Source of the DNA: Eledone cirrhosa
Lineage: Eukaryota
Length of the DNA: 64,000 bases
Reading direction: 5' to 3'
Assembly (NCBI GenBank): GCA_964016885.1
Contig: OZ024741.1
Span: 210,366,001 to 210,430,000 of the forward strand
This document shows positions 1 to 11,009 of the stretch, one piece after another (the stretch's first letter is position 1; each line of letters opens with the position of its first letter). The translations under genes were made by a program, and so were the position numbers. The notes under the pieces were generated by a model, which saw nothing but the letters and a program-made list of their open reading frames with translations, ran no database searches and was not told the DNA's origin.

Positions 1-521
1 GAATCTTGTCCTAGCCCGTCAGCATTCATCTCCTCAGTGGCCGTATCTCTGTTCCAGGTATTATTTATCTCAGTATTCAGATCATTGTCTGCTTCGGGTG
101 GTTCCTCCGTTCTCTCGACCTCTTCACCTTCATTTCCCACTGGCTCGTTTGCCTGGCATACTCCACCCTCCATCTCCAAGCTAATCTCTCTGCTCAGTTC
201 CTCCATTTCCAGCTCGCTTATCCACCCATTAGTTCTTATTACCCGAGCCTGCCCGGCCAATTTTTGTTCATCTAATTCAAATAGACCAATATCGTTCCAG
301 ATGTTATGCATCCGTCTCCTATAGCCCCTCTCCTTGGGGTTACTTTTCAGGTAACATTGCATAACAGTTCTATTCAATTCTTTCGTCCAGTTGGTTCTGG
401 TCCCTTTCCTTCTTCTTCTTCCTCCGACACCAGCAGTATTTGGTTGACAGCCAGGTTCCTGCTGCTGAGCCAGGGAGCACCTGTTGGGTGAGACCCTGTC
501 ACATGACGTTCTAGTCTCCAT
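1..521 (-). CDS. N-terminal part of R4/Dong ORF (partial, truncated by window edge)
   Basis: ATG at 519-521 lies in the same context as the 5314 start, encodes METRTSCDR..., and keeps the same frame as the full copy. Confidence 0.75.
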   Translation of the reverse strand, partial: METRTSCDRVSPNRCSLAQQQEPGCQPNTAGVGGRRRRKGTRTNWTKELNRTVMQCYLKSNPKERGYRRRMHNIWNDIGLFELDEQKLAGQARVIRTNGWISELEMEELSREISLEMEGGVCQANEPVGNEGEEVERTEEPPEADNDLNTEINNTWNRDTATEEMNADGLGQD

Positions 522-1758
522 TTCACCGTTATTCGAACTGTTTAGGTTCGATATTTAAACACTCTTATCGAGGATTGGCGAATGTATGGTTACATAACCA
601 TCTGTGGATTCACCATCTCCGGTGGTTGCGTCGCTCCACTTGGCTCTTGTGTGGCATTATCACCACGCTGTAGACGAACACAAATAAACAAACAAACAAA
701 CAGGCAGAAAAAACCCCCCAAAATGAATAAGCATAAGTTTCATTGTAATGTAGTGTTCGAATGTCTGACTTAGTTTTTCCCTTCTCTTCTCTGTCCGTCC
801 GCTTGTTTCTCTCTTCATTCTTATTTTCTTTACGTTTTTTTGTTTTTTTGTTTTTCTCTGTTTGTTTGTTTTTTTTTGTTTTTTTTTGTTGTTGTTGCTG
901 TGCTGCTTGGGTTTTGATTTTTGTTTTTTCTCTTTTGAGTCTATCTATATATTTTGATGCCTTCCTCTTTTTTAGTAGGAATTCTATAATGTGGTGGCAG
1001 TGCTGTGCTAGCAGCAACTAGCAGGAGGCAATGGGAGAGAATAGCGGCGGTAGCGATACTGAGACAGTGGTGGTGGTGATGTCGATACTGAGGCAGTGGT
1101 GGTGGTGATGTGATCGTATTACTGTAGTGATGGTGTTGTAGCGGTGGTAGCAATGAAGGAGTGGTGGTGGCGGTGATGGGATAGTGGTAGTAATGGTGGA
1201 TGGGCGGCGTTGTCGTTACTGATGTCCGTTCGGTGAATCTATGGGGTTAGTCGCGTACATGTGTTGACATAAATTCCCTTAATGTTGGAATTAAACATTT
1301 TGTTAAAACTTGGGACAATAATAATAGTATTTATTATTATCATTATTATGTTGAGATTGGTTGTGGTGGTGGTGGTGAAGTTGCCGTTATCTGGCTGTTG
1401 TGTTTAGTGTACACAGAGAGGTGATGGGGTAGGTGGTGTATCTAGTTTCTGGTGTTGGTGAGATTGGTGTTGTTTGGCTGTTCTATATAGTGTAGACAGA
1501 GGAGGGGGGGGGGGTTCTTCTTCTTCCATTTATAGCCATTTTCTTTTTTGAATATACAATGTACAATACAAAGTTGAATATTTGAATATTTGAGCCTTAT
1601 AACAATATATTTTGGGTCCGAATTTTTTTTGGGCTCAAGCCGGATGCTTTACGTAACATTTGTACTAAGAGTTGTTATTTCACAAATGATTTAAATATGT
1701 TAAAAATTCAAAACTTACGGGAGCGATTTCATGACCTTCTACCACCTCGTGCGTCTTC
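1..1758 (-). mobile_element. R4/Dong-type non-LTR retrotransposon, copy 1 (5' leader plus ORF start; continues off the left edge)
   Basis: 1-521 is colinear without indels with 4794-5314 (offset 4793). The 5' leader 522-1758 is homologous to 5315-6997 and is bounded by (TTA)n at about 1759. Confidence 0.9.
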
Positions 1759-1921
1759 TTTATTATTATTCTTTATTATTTGGCCTTGTGCCAAAAGTAG
1801 AAACAATTATTATTATTATTATTATTATTATTATTGTTATTGTTATTCCTTGAATCTCAGTCATTGATGTTGGTTAACTGGAAAGTCCGTTGGATTGAAT
1901 ATCAAGCCACTACCTGCAGCC

Positions 1922-4900
1922 TCAGATATTCAGGACGTATCGGAGGGTTCTTGCTGTTCCAAGCAAGCATGCCTTTTGAAGCGTTCCAAAAAGCGTGAAG
2001 GGGCCGATTTTCTTTAACCATCCCTGGAAACTTTTGGAGATAGTCCCCAGTGCGCCTATGACAATCGGGATCACTTTGACTTCATGGCAGTTCCAAATCC
2101 TTTTCACCTCCCACTTTAGGTCCTGGTATCGGTTAATTTTCTCCCTCTCCTTCTCTTGCACTCTCGTGTCGAACGGGCAAGCCACATCCACAATCAGGCA
2201 CGATCTTTTTTCTTTGTCCACAACCACCAGGTCAGGTCTATTGTGTTCCAGTTTTTTGTCCGTCTGTATCCTAAAATCCCACAGCACCTTCACCTGATTG
2301 TTCTCCATCACCGCCTCTGGCCTATGCTCATACCATTTCTCAGAATGTGGTACATTGTTTACTTTGCACAGGTGCCAGTGGATCACCCTGCCCATCACAT
2401 CGTGTCTCCAGCCCTTATAGTGGGTCTGGGCTAGGTGTTTACACTCGGACACAATGTGAGCCACAGTCTCCTCTCTCTCTCCACAGATCCTGCACAGTGG
2501 GCTGGCCTCCTCCCTGTAGATATGGTGCTTCAACCACTTCGTTTTGAGGGCCTGCTCCTGCGCAGCCATTAGCATTCCTTCTGTAGCCTTTTTGAGGTCT
2601 CCTCTTCTCAACCAGTTCCATGTCTGTGGATCTCTAAATTCAGTTTTCTCAAAGAAGGTACTATGAAGGGGTTTTCCCTTAAGGCTGCTCTTCCTCCTTG
2701 ATGTTATTTCCTCCCTGGACATCCCCTGGCCTACTGTCCCCTCCTTCAGTACAGCTCTGAGCATTGGCTCCTTACTATAGGTCACGTATTTGTATAGGTT
2801 GTTTTTCTCCATCTGAACACAGTTCTCTATGCTGATAAGACCTCTTCCACCCTCAGATCTCTTTAGGTAGAGTCTATCGACATCACTCCTCTTGTGGAAC
2901 ATGTTGTAGATAGTCAATAGCTTCCTAGTCTTCCTATCCATTTCTTTCTGTTCAGCAACATTCCATCTCAGAATTCCCGCACTGTACCTAATAATAGACA
3001 CAGCTCGGGAATTTACTGCGCTTATGGCATTTCTGCTGTTCAGATGTGACTTCAATACGCTCCTTACTCTCCGAATGTATTCAGTTCTTAACAATTCCTT
3101 CATTTTTTTGTTCTTTATGCCATCAGCCTCCAGAACGCCCAAATACTTGTATCCTTCCTCAGAGTCAATTTCCTTTATCATCTCACCTGTTGGTATCTGG
3201 ATCCCGTTACTTCTGCTCAACCTACCCCTCTTCATCACAATGACTCCACATTTACCAATACCAAACTGCATACATATATCACTGCTGAAAATACGGACAG
3301 TGTCAACAAGCACATCCAACTCCTTCTCACTTTTCCCGAAGAGCTTAAGATCGTCCATGAAGAGGAGGTGATTGATGGTAAGCTCTCCCCTTCCCAACTT
3401 GTATCCTGCTCTCACTTTTCGCAGCATAATGGTCAAGGACATCAGGGCAAGGACAAACAACAGAGGGGACAGGCTATCTCCCTGGAAGATACCTCTCTTG
3501 ATCTTCACGCTTCCCAAGGATACTCCAGTTGATGTCAACTCTGTCTCCCAGGACCCCATACTCCTGCCTAGCAACTGTCTGATGTTATCCGCCACCCTGA
3601 AGATCTCCAGGCTTTTGGTGATCCCGGAATGTGGCACCATGTCAAATGCCTTTCTGTAGTCTATCCATCCCATGGCAAGATCAGTGTGTCTCCTCCTGCA
3701 ATTCCCCATTACCATCTTATCAATAAGCAACTGGTCCTTTGTACCACGTGACTTCTTTCGGCATCCTTTCTGTTCGTCCGGTAACAAGTTGTTTGTGTGG
3801 AGGTGATGGTAGATTTCCTCAGACACAATGCTCGTCAACAGTTTCCACATTACGGGCAGACATGTGATAGGTCTATATTTGGTAGCATCATTACCCTTGA
3901 TTCGGTCTTTCATTATCAGAACTGTGGTACCTTTTGTCAACCACTCTGGCACCTCACCCGACACCAAGCAGTCATTGAACATGGCCGTCAGCTTCGGGTG
4001 GAGGGATGTTAGATGTTTAATCCAATACCCCTGCACACCATCTGGGCCTGGCGATTTCCAGTTGGTTAGTTTTTTGGCTTGTCCCTTAAGAGTTTCAACT
4101 GTGATACTCAAATCAGTCTGTTGCTGTGCCTGCTCACCGATCTCCCTCTGTACTGTCTCAATCCACCCTGCCTGGGCATTGTGTCTAACATCCTGCTCCC
4201 ATATTCCTCTCCAGAATGTTTTAGTTTGCTCCGCCCCAGGGATCAAGTCGTTGCCTCTTTCTTTGCCCTCAAGCTGTCCAAACAGCATCTTCTGGTTGTT
4301 GTCGAACATGCGGTTCTGTTTATACTGACTGACTCTGTTCTCGTATCGCCTGATTTTTGCACTCTTTGCTACAATGCGTTGCTTCAATTCCTCTATGATA
4401 ATATTTAGCTTTTTACTCCTAGTTTTGTATTTTATTTCCAGTCTATTTTTAGTGCCTATGTTTTTTAGTGTCCCATTCAGTAGTGACTCAAGCTTTCCTA
4501 TGTCATTTCTCATTTCCCCGATTTGCCCACTCAGTCGCTTCTTCCACCACGGCTCTGCTCTTTCTTGTCTGTTGTTTCCTCTCGCTTTTATACCAAGTAG
4601 TTTCCTCACCGTATTTGCTGTTGCTCTGAGTCTATTGTTGCACTGGTGAAGGCTCCTCGCCTCAAGGTATGGGATGACTTTGTTTACCTTAGCTGTTGTT
4701 TCTTTTAACTTTTTCCTGTCTACAAATCTTAGGTTCATAGGTCTCCCACTATCATTGTTCAATTCATCTACCACTAAATTTAGGATGTCAACCGAATCTT
4801 GTCCTAGCCCGTCAGCATTCATCTCCTCAGTGGCCGTATCTCTGTTCCAGGTATTATTTATCTCAGTACTCAGATCATTGTCTGCTTCGGGTGGTTCCTC

Positions 4901-5314
4901 CGTTCTCAGGACCTCTTCACCTTCATTTCCCACCGGCTCGCTTGTCTGGCATACTACACCCGCCATCTCCAAGCCATTCTCTCTGCTCAGTTCCTCCAGT
5001 TCCAGCTCGCTTATCCACCCATTAGTTCTTATTACCCGAGCCTGCCCGGCCAATTTTTGTGCATCTAATTTAAATAAACCAATCTCGTTCCAGATGTTAT
5101 GCATCCGTCTCCTGTAGCCCCTCTCCTTGGGGTTACTTTTCAGGTAGCATTGCATAACAGTTCTATTCAATTCTTTCGTCCAGTTGGTTCTGGCCCCTTT
5201 CCTTCTTCTCCTTCCTCCAACATCAGCAGTATTTGGTTGACAGTCAGGTTCCTGCTGCTGAGCCAGGGGGCACCTGTTGGGTGAGAGTCTGTCACATGAC
5301 GTTCTAGTCTCCAT
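1922..5314 (-). CDS. Reverse transcriptase with CCHC zinc knuckle and restriction-like endonuclease (R4/Dong clade), 1130 aa
   Basis: Motifs KSPGPDG, YRPITCL, EQKG, WIDYRKAFD, GIFQGDSLSP, LFMDDLK, YKYLG, GGRGL, CRICGEREETVAHIVSEC, RHD, RPDLVVVD..IVDVACP and K..Y. N-terminal Myb-like WTKELN. No internal stops. Confidence 0.95.
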   Translation of the reverse strand: METRTSCDRLSPNRCPLAQQQEPDCQPNTADVGGRRRRKGARTNWTKELNRTVMQCYLKSNPKERGYRRRMHNIWNEIGLFKLDAQKLAGQARVIRTNGWISELELEELSRENGLEMAGVVCQTSEPVGNEGEEVLRTEEPPEADNDLSTEINNTWNRDTATEEMNADGLGQDSVDILNLVVDELNNDSGRPMNLRFVDRKKLKETTAKVNKVIPYLEARSLHQCNNRLRATANTVRKLLGIKARGNNRQERAEPWWKKRLSGQIGEMRNDIGKLESLLNGTLKNIGTKNRLEIKYKTRSKKLNIIIEELKQRIVAKSAKIRRYENRVSQYKQNRMFDNNQKMLFGQLEGKERGNDLIPGAEQTKTFWRGIWEQDVRHNAQAGWIETVQREIGEQAQQQTDLSITVETLKGQAKKLTNWKSPGPDGVQGYWIKHLTSLHPKLTAMFNDCLVSGEVPEWLTKGTTVLIMKDRIKGNDATKYRPITCLPVMWKLLTSIVSEEIYHHLHTNNLLPDEQKGCRKKSRGTKDQLLIDKMVMGNCRRRHTDLAMGWIDYRKAFDMVPHSGITKSLEIFRVADNIRQLLGRSMGSWETELTSTGVSLGSVKIKRGIFQGDSLSPLLFVLALMSLTIMLRKVRAGYKLGRGELTINHLLFMDDLKLFGKSEKELDVLVDTVRIFSSDICMQFGIGKCGVIVMKRGRLSRSNGIQIPTGEMIKEIDSEEGYKYLGVLEADGIKNKKMKELLRTEYIRRVRSVLKSHLNSRNAISAVNSRAVSIIRYSAGILRWNVAEQKEMDRKTRKLLTIYNMFHKRSDVDRLYLKRSEGGRGLISIENCVQMEKNNLYKYVTYSKEPMLRAVLKEGTVGQGMSREEITSRRKSSLKGKPLHSTFFEKTEFRDPQTWNWLRRGDLKKATEGMLMAAQEQALKTKWLKHHIYREEASPLCRICGEREETVAHIVSECKHLAQTHYKGWRHDVMGRVIHWHLCKVNNVPHSEKWYEHRPEAVMENNQVKVLWDFRIQTDKKLEHNRPDLVVVDKEKRSCLIVDVACPFDTRVQEKEREKINRYQDLKWEVKRIWNCHEVKVIPIVIGALGTISKSFQGWLKKIGPFTLFGTLQKACLLGTARTLRYVLNI

Positions 5315-5619
5315 TTCACCGTTATTCGAACTGTTTATGTTCGATATTTAAACACTCTTATCGAGGATTGGCGAATGTATGTTTACATAGCCATCTGTGG
5401 GTCCGCCATCCCACTTGGCCCTTGTGTGGCATTATCACCACGCTGTATACGAACACACATAAACAAACAAACACACAGGCAGAAAGGGCCCCAGAAATGA
5501 ATAAGCATAAGTTTCATTGTAATGTAGTATTCGAATGTCTGACTTAGTTTTAGTTTTTTAAGTTTTACTTTTTCCCCCCTCTTCTCTGTCCGTCCGCCTG
5601 CTTCTCTCTTCATTCTTAT

Positions 5620-6920
5620 TTTCTTCACGTTTTTGGGGTTTCTTTTTTTTTGTTTTTGTTTTTCTCTGTTTGTTTTTCTCGTTTTTTGCTGTTGTTGCTG
5701 TGCTGCTTTGGTTTTGTTGTTTGTTTTTTCTTTTTTCTTTTGGGTCTATCTATATATTTTGATGCCTTCCTCTTTGTTAGTAGTAGGAATTCTATAATGT
5801 GGAAGTAGCAGCCAGCAGGGAAGTGGGAGACTGGCGGCGTTAGCGATACTGAGACAGTGGTGGTGGTGATGTCGATACCGAGGCAGTGGTGGCGGTGATG
5901 TGACCTTATTACTGTAGTGATGGTGCTGTAGCGGAGTGAAGGGGTGGTGGCGGCGGTGCTGGGATAGTGGTGGTAATGATGGCCGTAGTGAGCGGTGGCG
6001 GTGAAGGTGAAAATGTGTCGTTATCTGGCTGTTGTGTTTAGTGTACACAGATGATGGGGTGGGTGGTGTATCTAGTTTCTGGTGTTGGTGAGTTTAGCTG
6101 TCCTATATAGTGTAGCCAGAGGAGAGGAGGGGAGGGGTTCTTCTTCCATTTATAGCCATTTTTTTTTTTTTTTTTGGATATACAGTGTACAATACAAAGT
6201 TGAATATTTGAATATTTGAGCCTTATAACAATATATTTTCTTTACGTTTTGAGCCTTATAACAATATATTTTCTTTACGTTTTGAGCCTTATAACAATAT
6301 ATTTTCTTTACGTTTTTGGGGTTTCTTTTTTTTTGTTTTTGTTTTTCTCTGTTTGTTTTTCTCGTTTTTTGCTGTTGTTGCTGTGCTGCTTTGGTTTTGT
6401 TGTTTGTTTTTTCTTTTTTCTTTTGGGTCTATCTATATATTTTGATTCCTTCCTCTTTGTTAGTAGTAGGAATTCTATAATGTGGGAGTAGCAGCCAGCA
6501 GGGAAGTGGGAGACTGGCGGCGTTAGCGATACTGAGACAGTGGTGGTGGTGATGTCGATATCGAGGCAGTGGTGGCGGTGATGTGACCGTATTACTGTAG
6601 TGATGGTGCTGTAGCGGAGTCAAGGGGTGGTGGCGGGGGTGATGGGATAGTGGTGGTAATGATGGCCGTAGTGAGCGGTGGCGGTGAAGGTGAAAATGTG
6701 TCGTTATCTGGCTGTTGTGTTTAGTGTACACATATGATGGGGTGGGTGGTGTATCTAGTTTCTGGTGTTGGTGAGTTTAGCTGTCCTATATAGTGTAGCC
6801 AGAGGAGAGGAGGGGAGGGGTTCTTCTTCCATTTATAGCCATTTTTTTTTTTTTTGGATATACAGTGTACAATACAAAGTTGAATATTTGAATATTTGAG
6901 CCTTATAACAATATATTTTG
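5620..6920. repeat. 683-bp tandem duplication inside the R4/Dong 5' leader, with a short ~34-bp triplicated junction at about 6216-6315
   Basis: 5746-6048 and 6429-6731 are near identical; copy 1 has a single unit. Confidence 0.9.
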
Positions 6921-7019
6921 GGTCCGAATTTTTTTGGGCTCAAGCCGGGTGCTTTACGTAGCATTTGTGCTAAGAGTTGTTATTTCACAAATGGTTTTAA
7001 TTATTATTATTATTACTAT

Positions 7020-9220
7020 ATATATAGTCAGTAATATTGAAAAAAGAATCTCAAATCTATCCTCTAATAAAGTTATCTTCGACGCTAATGCCAATTACTA
7101 TAATAATACGTTTTCCAAAGTCGGCTATCCTGATAAAATTAAATACAGTAAAGAAACCAATCATCGAAGGACTTATAGTAAAATAGTTAATTATGAACAT
7201 TCCAATAACTTAAATAAAAGACCTAGATACAAAAATATGATTTGGTATAATGCTCCTTTTTCTCTATCTATCACTAATAATATTCCTAAACTATTCTTTA
7301 GGGCCTGAGATAAATGCTTCCCTCCCTCGCATATCTATACTAAAATCTTTAATAAACATACAATCAAATTCTCTTATTCCACCACTTCCAACATCTCTAA
7401 CATGATCTCTAAACACAATAATAAAATATTAAGTAATAAATTACATCCATCCAACACTGAGCGTCATAATAATAGCAGTAGTGATCTCGACGTCAATATT
7501 AACTCTAGGTTAGATTCAGTAAATTTAAATACGCCGTCAAACGTAACTTCGTTGAATGTTCATAATACCAATCTAAATCAGGAAACTATAGTTCCTATCG
7601 TAAAAAACTTCTCCAATCCAATTCCTTCTATAAATAATACTAGGTCACTTGTTAATATCTCTGTTAATTTCTCTAATCGTAATTGTAATTGCCCTGTTAG
7701 AACTAAATGTCCTCTAACCAATGTCTTGATAAAAACTTAGTGTATGAATGAAAGGTTATAACTGGTACTAATTCTTTTACCTATTTCGGTTCCACTTCCA
7801 CTTCCTTTAAAGCAAGATTTTATAATCACAAATAATCTTTTAAATACCAACTTAAAAGAACTAACACGGCACTCTCGGAACTCATATGGTCCTTAAAAGA
7901 CAAAAATATTAACTATAACAACTCTTGGAAGAAGTTTGCAACGCCCTTCCTTACCTGAATTCTTCCCTATCCAGAACATGTAATCTCTGCCTAGCCGAGA
8001 AATTTATCATTATATCTAATTTTAATTCTATAATAAATAGACGTACGGATTTATTTTCACTCTGCTTGCATAAATTGCACAGAACATTCCATAAAGTATA
8101 CAGCTAATATCTCAATACGTAATTAGTTTAAAATCTTCTTTTCTCAAAGGCTTTTACATCTTTTACAAATATATCCATCTTTCTACCTTATTTCAGTATA
8201 TTATATTATACAATTTACTCACTCTATGTCGTTGATCCCCTATCTTTCTTCTTTTTATCTTTTTCCTTCTTCCTTTTTCTTTTTTAATTTCTAATCTTTA
8301 ATCTGTAACTTTTACTTTCCAATTACTTCTCAATTCATATTATTACTCACTACATCATTCTCATATTTTCCATTTTTCCTCATATTATTGGCCATAGAAA
8401 GTAATTATTTTTTACTATATAATAATATTACCATTATTAAATTTTTATAAATATATATACTTTTTGACGTTAGATATTTTTTCTTCCTTAAATTCTCTTT
8501 TTTACTCCTCTCCTTCCATGCTCGTTTTAAACCTATTATTTACTTTTACATATTACAATACATAAAAACAAACTTAAACCCTAACTAATTCCTTTAAGTT
8601 CATAATTCATTTATTCTTCTCCTTCTTTCACATTATATCCTTAATATCATTAATATTTTAATTTTAATAATACATATTAATAAATTCTTTTTTTTTTTTT
8701 TTGCACATTATTAAACCCTTCAATATATAAACCTAAATTAATACTATTCCTAATTCCTTTTTCTTCAATCATAAACATCAACATCCATAAACCTCATTAA
8801 CTTTTAATTTCAAAATCTTTTAAAATTACCTATTATCTCCCAACGGTTTTTTAATTTCTCTCTGTGAGACAATGTTTTTCTCAGTTGTAAAGGCTATTTC
8901 CCCCTCTCTATCACTCATTTCTCCTCCTCTCCAATCCTCCCTTCTTATACTCCTCCCCCACCATCCTTTATTTTCTTTCTTCCTCTTCTTTACCTTTTCC
9001 TACCCCCCCCCCTTCATTTCTTTCCCAATCTCATATATCCATCTTACTTTTAATTTTCATATGTTGATTTAAAACTTCACTGCTCACAAGTGTTTTTTAA
9101 GCTTCATATCATGTCTCCCTATTTTATCTGATGAGAACGCAGATATCATCCCATGATGATATTTGTTTTTGAAATGCGCATAATAAAATACTTGCAACTC
9201 TTTTAACCATCTTTTGATCT

Positions 9221-9226
<6 letters not shown>
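7020..9226 (+). mobile_element. 5'-truncated degenerate Penelope-like element (RT C-terminus, WYNAPFS linker, CxC-x5-C, GIY-YIG), probably Hydra-type
   Basis: Pieces IWYNAPFS, CNCPVRTKCPL, VYE.KV..TYFGST, TALSELIWSLKD and CNLC, with stops and frameshifts. Homologous to 23150-25465 (minus). Flanked by (TA)n. Confidence 0.88.
9120..9190 (+). ncRNA. Type I hammerhead ribozyme in PLE terminus
   Basis: TATTTTAT-CTGATGA-[GAACGCAGATATCATC CCAT GATGATATTTGTTTTT]-GAAA-TGCGCA-TA-ATAAAATA, with stems I and II and a palindromic stem III. Confidence 0.88.
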
Positions 9227-9289
<63 letters not shown>

Positions 9290-9293
<4 letters not shown>

Positions 9294-9697
9294 TAAAAAA
9301 ATAATGAATAAAACAATGAAACAGTTCCTTATATTAAACAAAAAAAGTTCATTATTTAACGATCGTTTCTAGGATATATATGTGTTAGAATTGGCATGCA
9401 TATTCAACAGATCTATGTACAAAATTATACAAAATTATACAAACTATCAAAATTAAATATACATACCAAACACATATATATGCCGTCTTCAGAAATAATG
9501 AAATATATTTATTGATAATAACAACAATTCAAAATTTCAGGTCCGTTTGGGAACAGAGTTCTTTATCTTGACTCTGTATTCCGTTTATCTTTCACCGAAA
9601 GTGATTTTTCTTTGCATCTCTTCTTTCCATGATATCCGGATTACATTGAGTTCTTCATACGGATTGGACACTACCGTAAACTCTTGGTAGATTTATC

Positions 9698-9700
<3 letters not shown>
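9290..9700 (-). mobile_element. Solo PLE-type terminus between (TA)n tracts
   Basis: Contains an HHR (9350-9500) near its 3' end and is flanked by (TA)n; no ORF seen. Confidence 0.6.
9350..9500 (-). ncRNA. Type I hammerhead ribozyme with extended stem II
   Basis: Minus strand: CATTATTT-CTGAAGA-[CGGCATATATATGTGTT...AACACATATATATCCTA]-GAAA-CGATCG-TT-AAATAATG. Perfect 8-bp stem I and palindromic stem III. Confidence 0.8.
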
Positions 9701-9732
<32 letters not shown>

Positions 9733-9735
<3 letters not shown>

Positions 9736-9925
9736 GGAACGAGTAGGACCCCGACGGCTGAGCTAAAGCCGTTTTGACGACTAATTCTGGACGGAATTAG
9801 CCGACGAAACCGCTTGAGCTCAGCCGCCGGGGTCCTACTCGTTCCTATTACCCACTCTACTACCCTAAGTATTGAGTACTTTGGTGCGTTATGGTCCACC
9901 TGCTTCCTTACCACATTTCCTTCGT

Positions 9926-9927
<2 letters not shown>
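9733..9927. mobile_element. PLE terminus family A: back-to-back palindrome (9734-9847) plus tail (9848-9927)
   Basis: Inverted arms TAGGAACGAGTAGGACCCCGACGG / CCGCCGGGGTCCTACTCGTTCCTA. Homologous to 29207-29637, 33050-33228, 53889-54010 and 55453-56613. Confidence 0.85.
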
Positions 9928-10019
<92 letters not shown>

Positions 10020-10024
<5 letters not shown>

Positions 10025-10860
10025 AAATGTGTGTAATCCTTGGTACAGTTAGGTATATTAAGATAGGGGGAAGAAAAAAATGACTTCACTTGTGCTTTCA
10101 ACAAATTTATTTTCTTCACAAAATCCAAAAAGAATTTTTTTCCGGATTAGAACAAATTTTCTTAAAAAATTTTTTTTTATAAATTAAGTTGTTGGTTGTT
10201 GGTTAGGTCTTAGGAGTTCTTGGTTAACGTAGGAGCTATTGTTTCGTTTTTAGAAAGACATTTCACGCTGAGGTGCGCTTGTCTAACTGATGTGTATGTG
10301 GTGTGTTGTTCTATATATAGGGATTTAACATGTCTGTGGTGTGGTGGTGGGTTTTTTCTCCTCCTTTAATAAGTGTAGGGGTGTAGGTGTGTTGAAAAAA
10401 TGTTAATAGCAGTAATGAGTTGAGACAGTGAGTAGGGTTGGGTGGGGAGAAATGTAGCAAGTGCGGCCTGCCCCGGTCATTCTCGAAAAATTCTTTTATT
10501 CAGAGGAAAAAGCTTTTAGTATTCCTTTGTATCGAGAATGGTCATAGGCAAACCGCACCTGCCAAGCTTGTAAACAATTATTTTTTTCTGAAGAATTTTT
10601 CTACGTCCATATATATATATACTATGAAGCTGACGGCCGTATGTAAGTCACAAACTTCCCGCCAAGCGGCTGGTACAAACGGCACCAAATTTGCACCAGA
10701 GATGTAACTTTTTCCAAGTAAGAAAGTGAGGGTATTTTTGTCTAGTGAATTTTGTTAAAAGATTAAAGACATTATTTAAATATTCACTTCTTTAACATTT
10801 TCAAATGTAAACACTTCCAGTTATACGACATTCCTAACGTCTTCACGAACCAAAGTATCA
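10020..10860 (-). pseudogene. Highly decayed PLE 3' fragment (possible GIY-YIG C-terminus plus UTR)
   Basis: Minus-strand pieces TSRLAGSL*L, KILQKK..YKLGRCGL and LNKRIF weakly resemble the endonuclease end at 19993-20511. Confidence 0.35.
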
Positions 10861-11000
10861 TGTTCCTGTTTTCTTTCGGTTGCAACGTTTTTCGAAATAT
10901 TTACTTTTCCGTTCACAGATTGACTTTTTTAGTTTCAGAAGATCCCGTTAAGGGTGAAAGCAGCGATTCTTTGCTTAAACTTTAATCTGTTATTTTAATA
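10860..11000 (+). mobile_element. 3' fragment of the 409-bp mini-PLE family, with CAGAAGA hammerhead-like motif at 10932-10980
   Basis: Matches 37796-37931 and the reverse complement of 36682-36830. Confidence 0.85.
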
Positions 11001-11009
11001 TATATATAA

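Larger units (their letters stand above)
1810..6997 (-). mobile_element. R4/Dong-type non-LTR retrotransposon, copy 2, near full length
   Basis: Single RT-RLE ORF, short 3' UTR (1847-1921) ending in (TAA/CAA)n at 1810-1846, and (TAA)n again at the 5' junction (about 6998-7015). Dong-type elements are known to target TAA repeats. Confidence 0.9.

Noticed and set aside
540-590. TCCTCG motif suggesting an HDV-like ribozyme in the Dong-type leader
   Set aside because: No P3 or P1.1 pairing could be built, and the site is far from the element's 5' end.
1995-5284. Plus-strand ORFs overlapping the R4/Dong ORF (and minus-strand ORFs over 60679-63645)
   Set aside because: They are antisense shadow frames with no motifs.
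7749-7751. In-frame TGA at a cysteine position, recalling selenocysteine-coding PLEs
   Set aside because: The sister copy has TGT, this copy has other disabling lesions, and no SECIS was recognised; a point mutation explains it.
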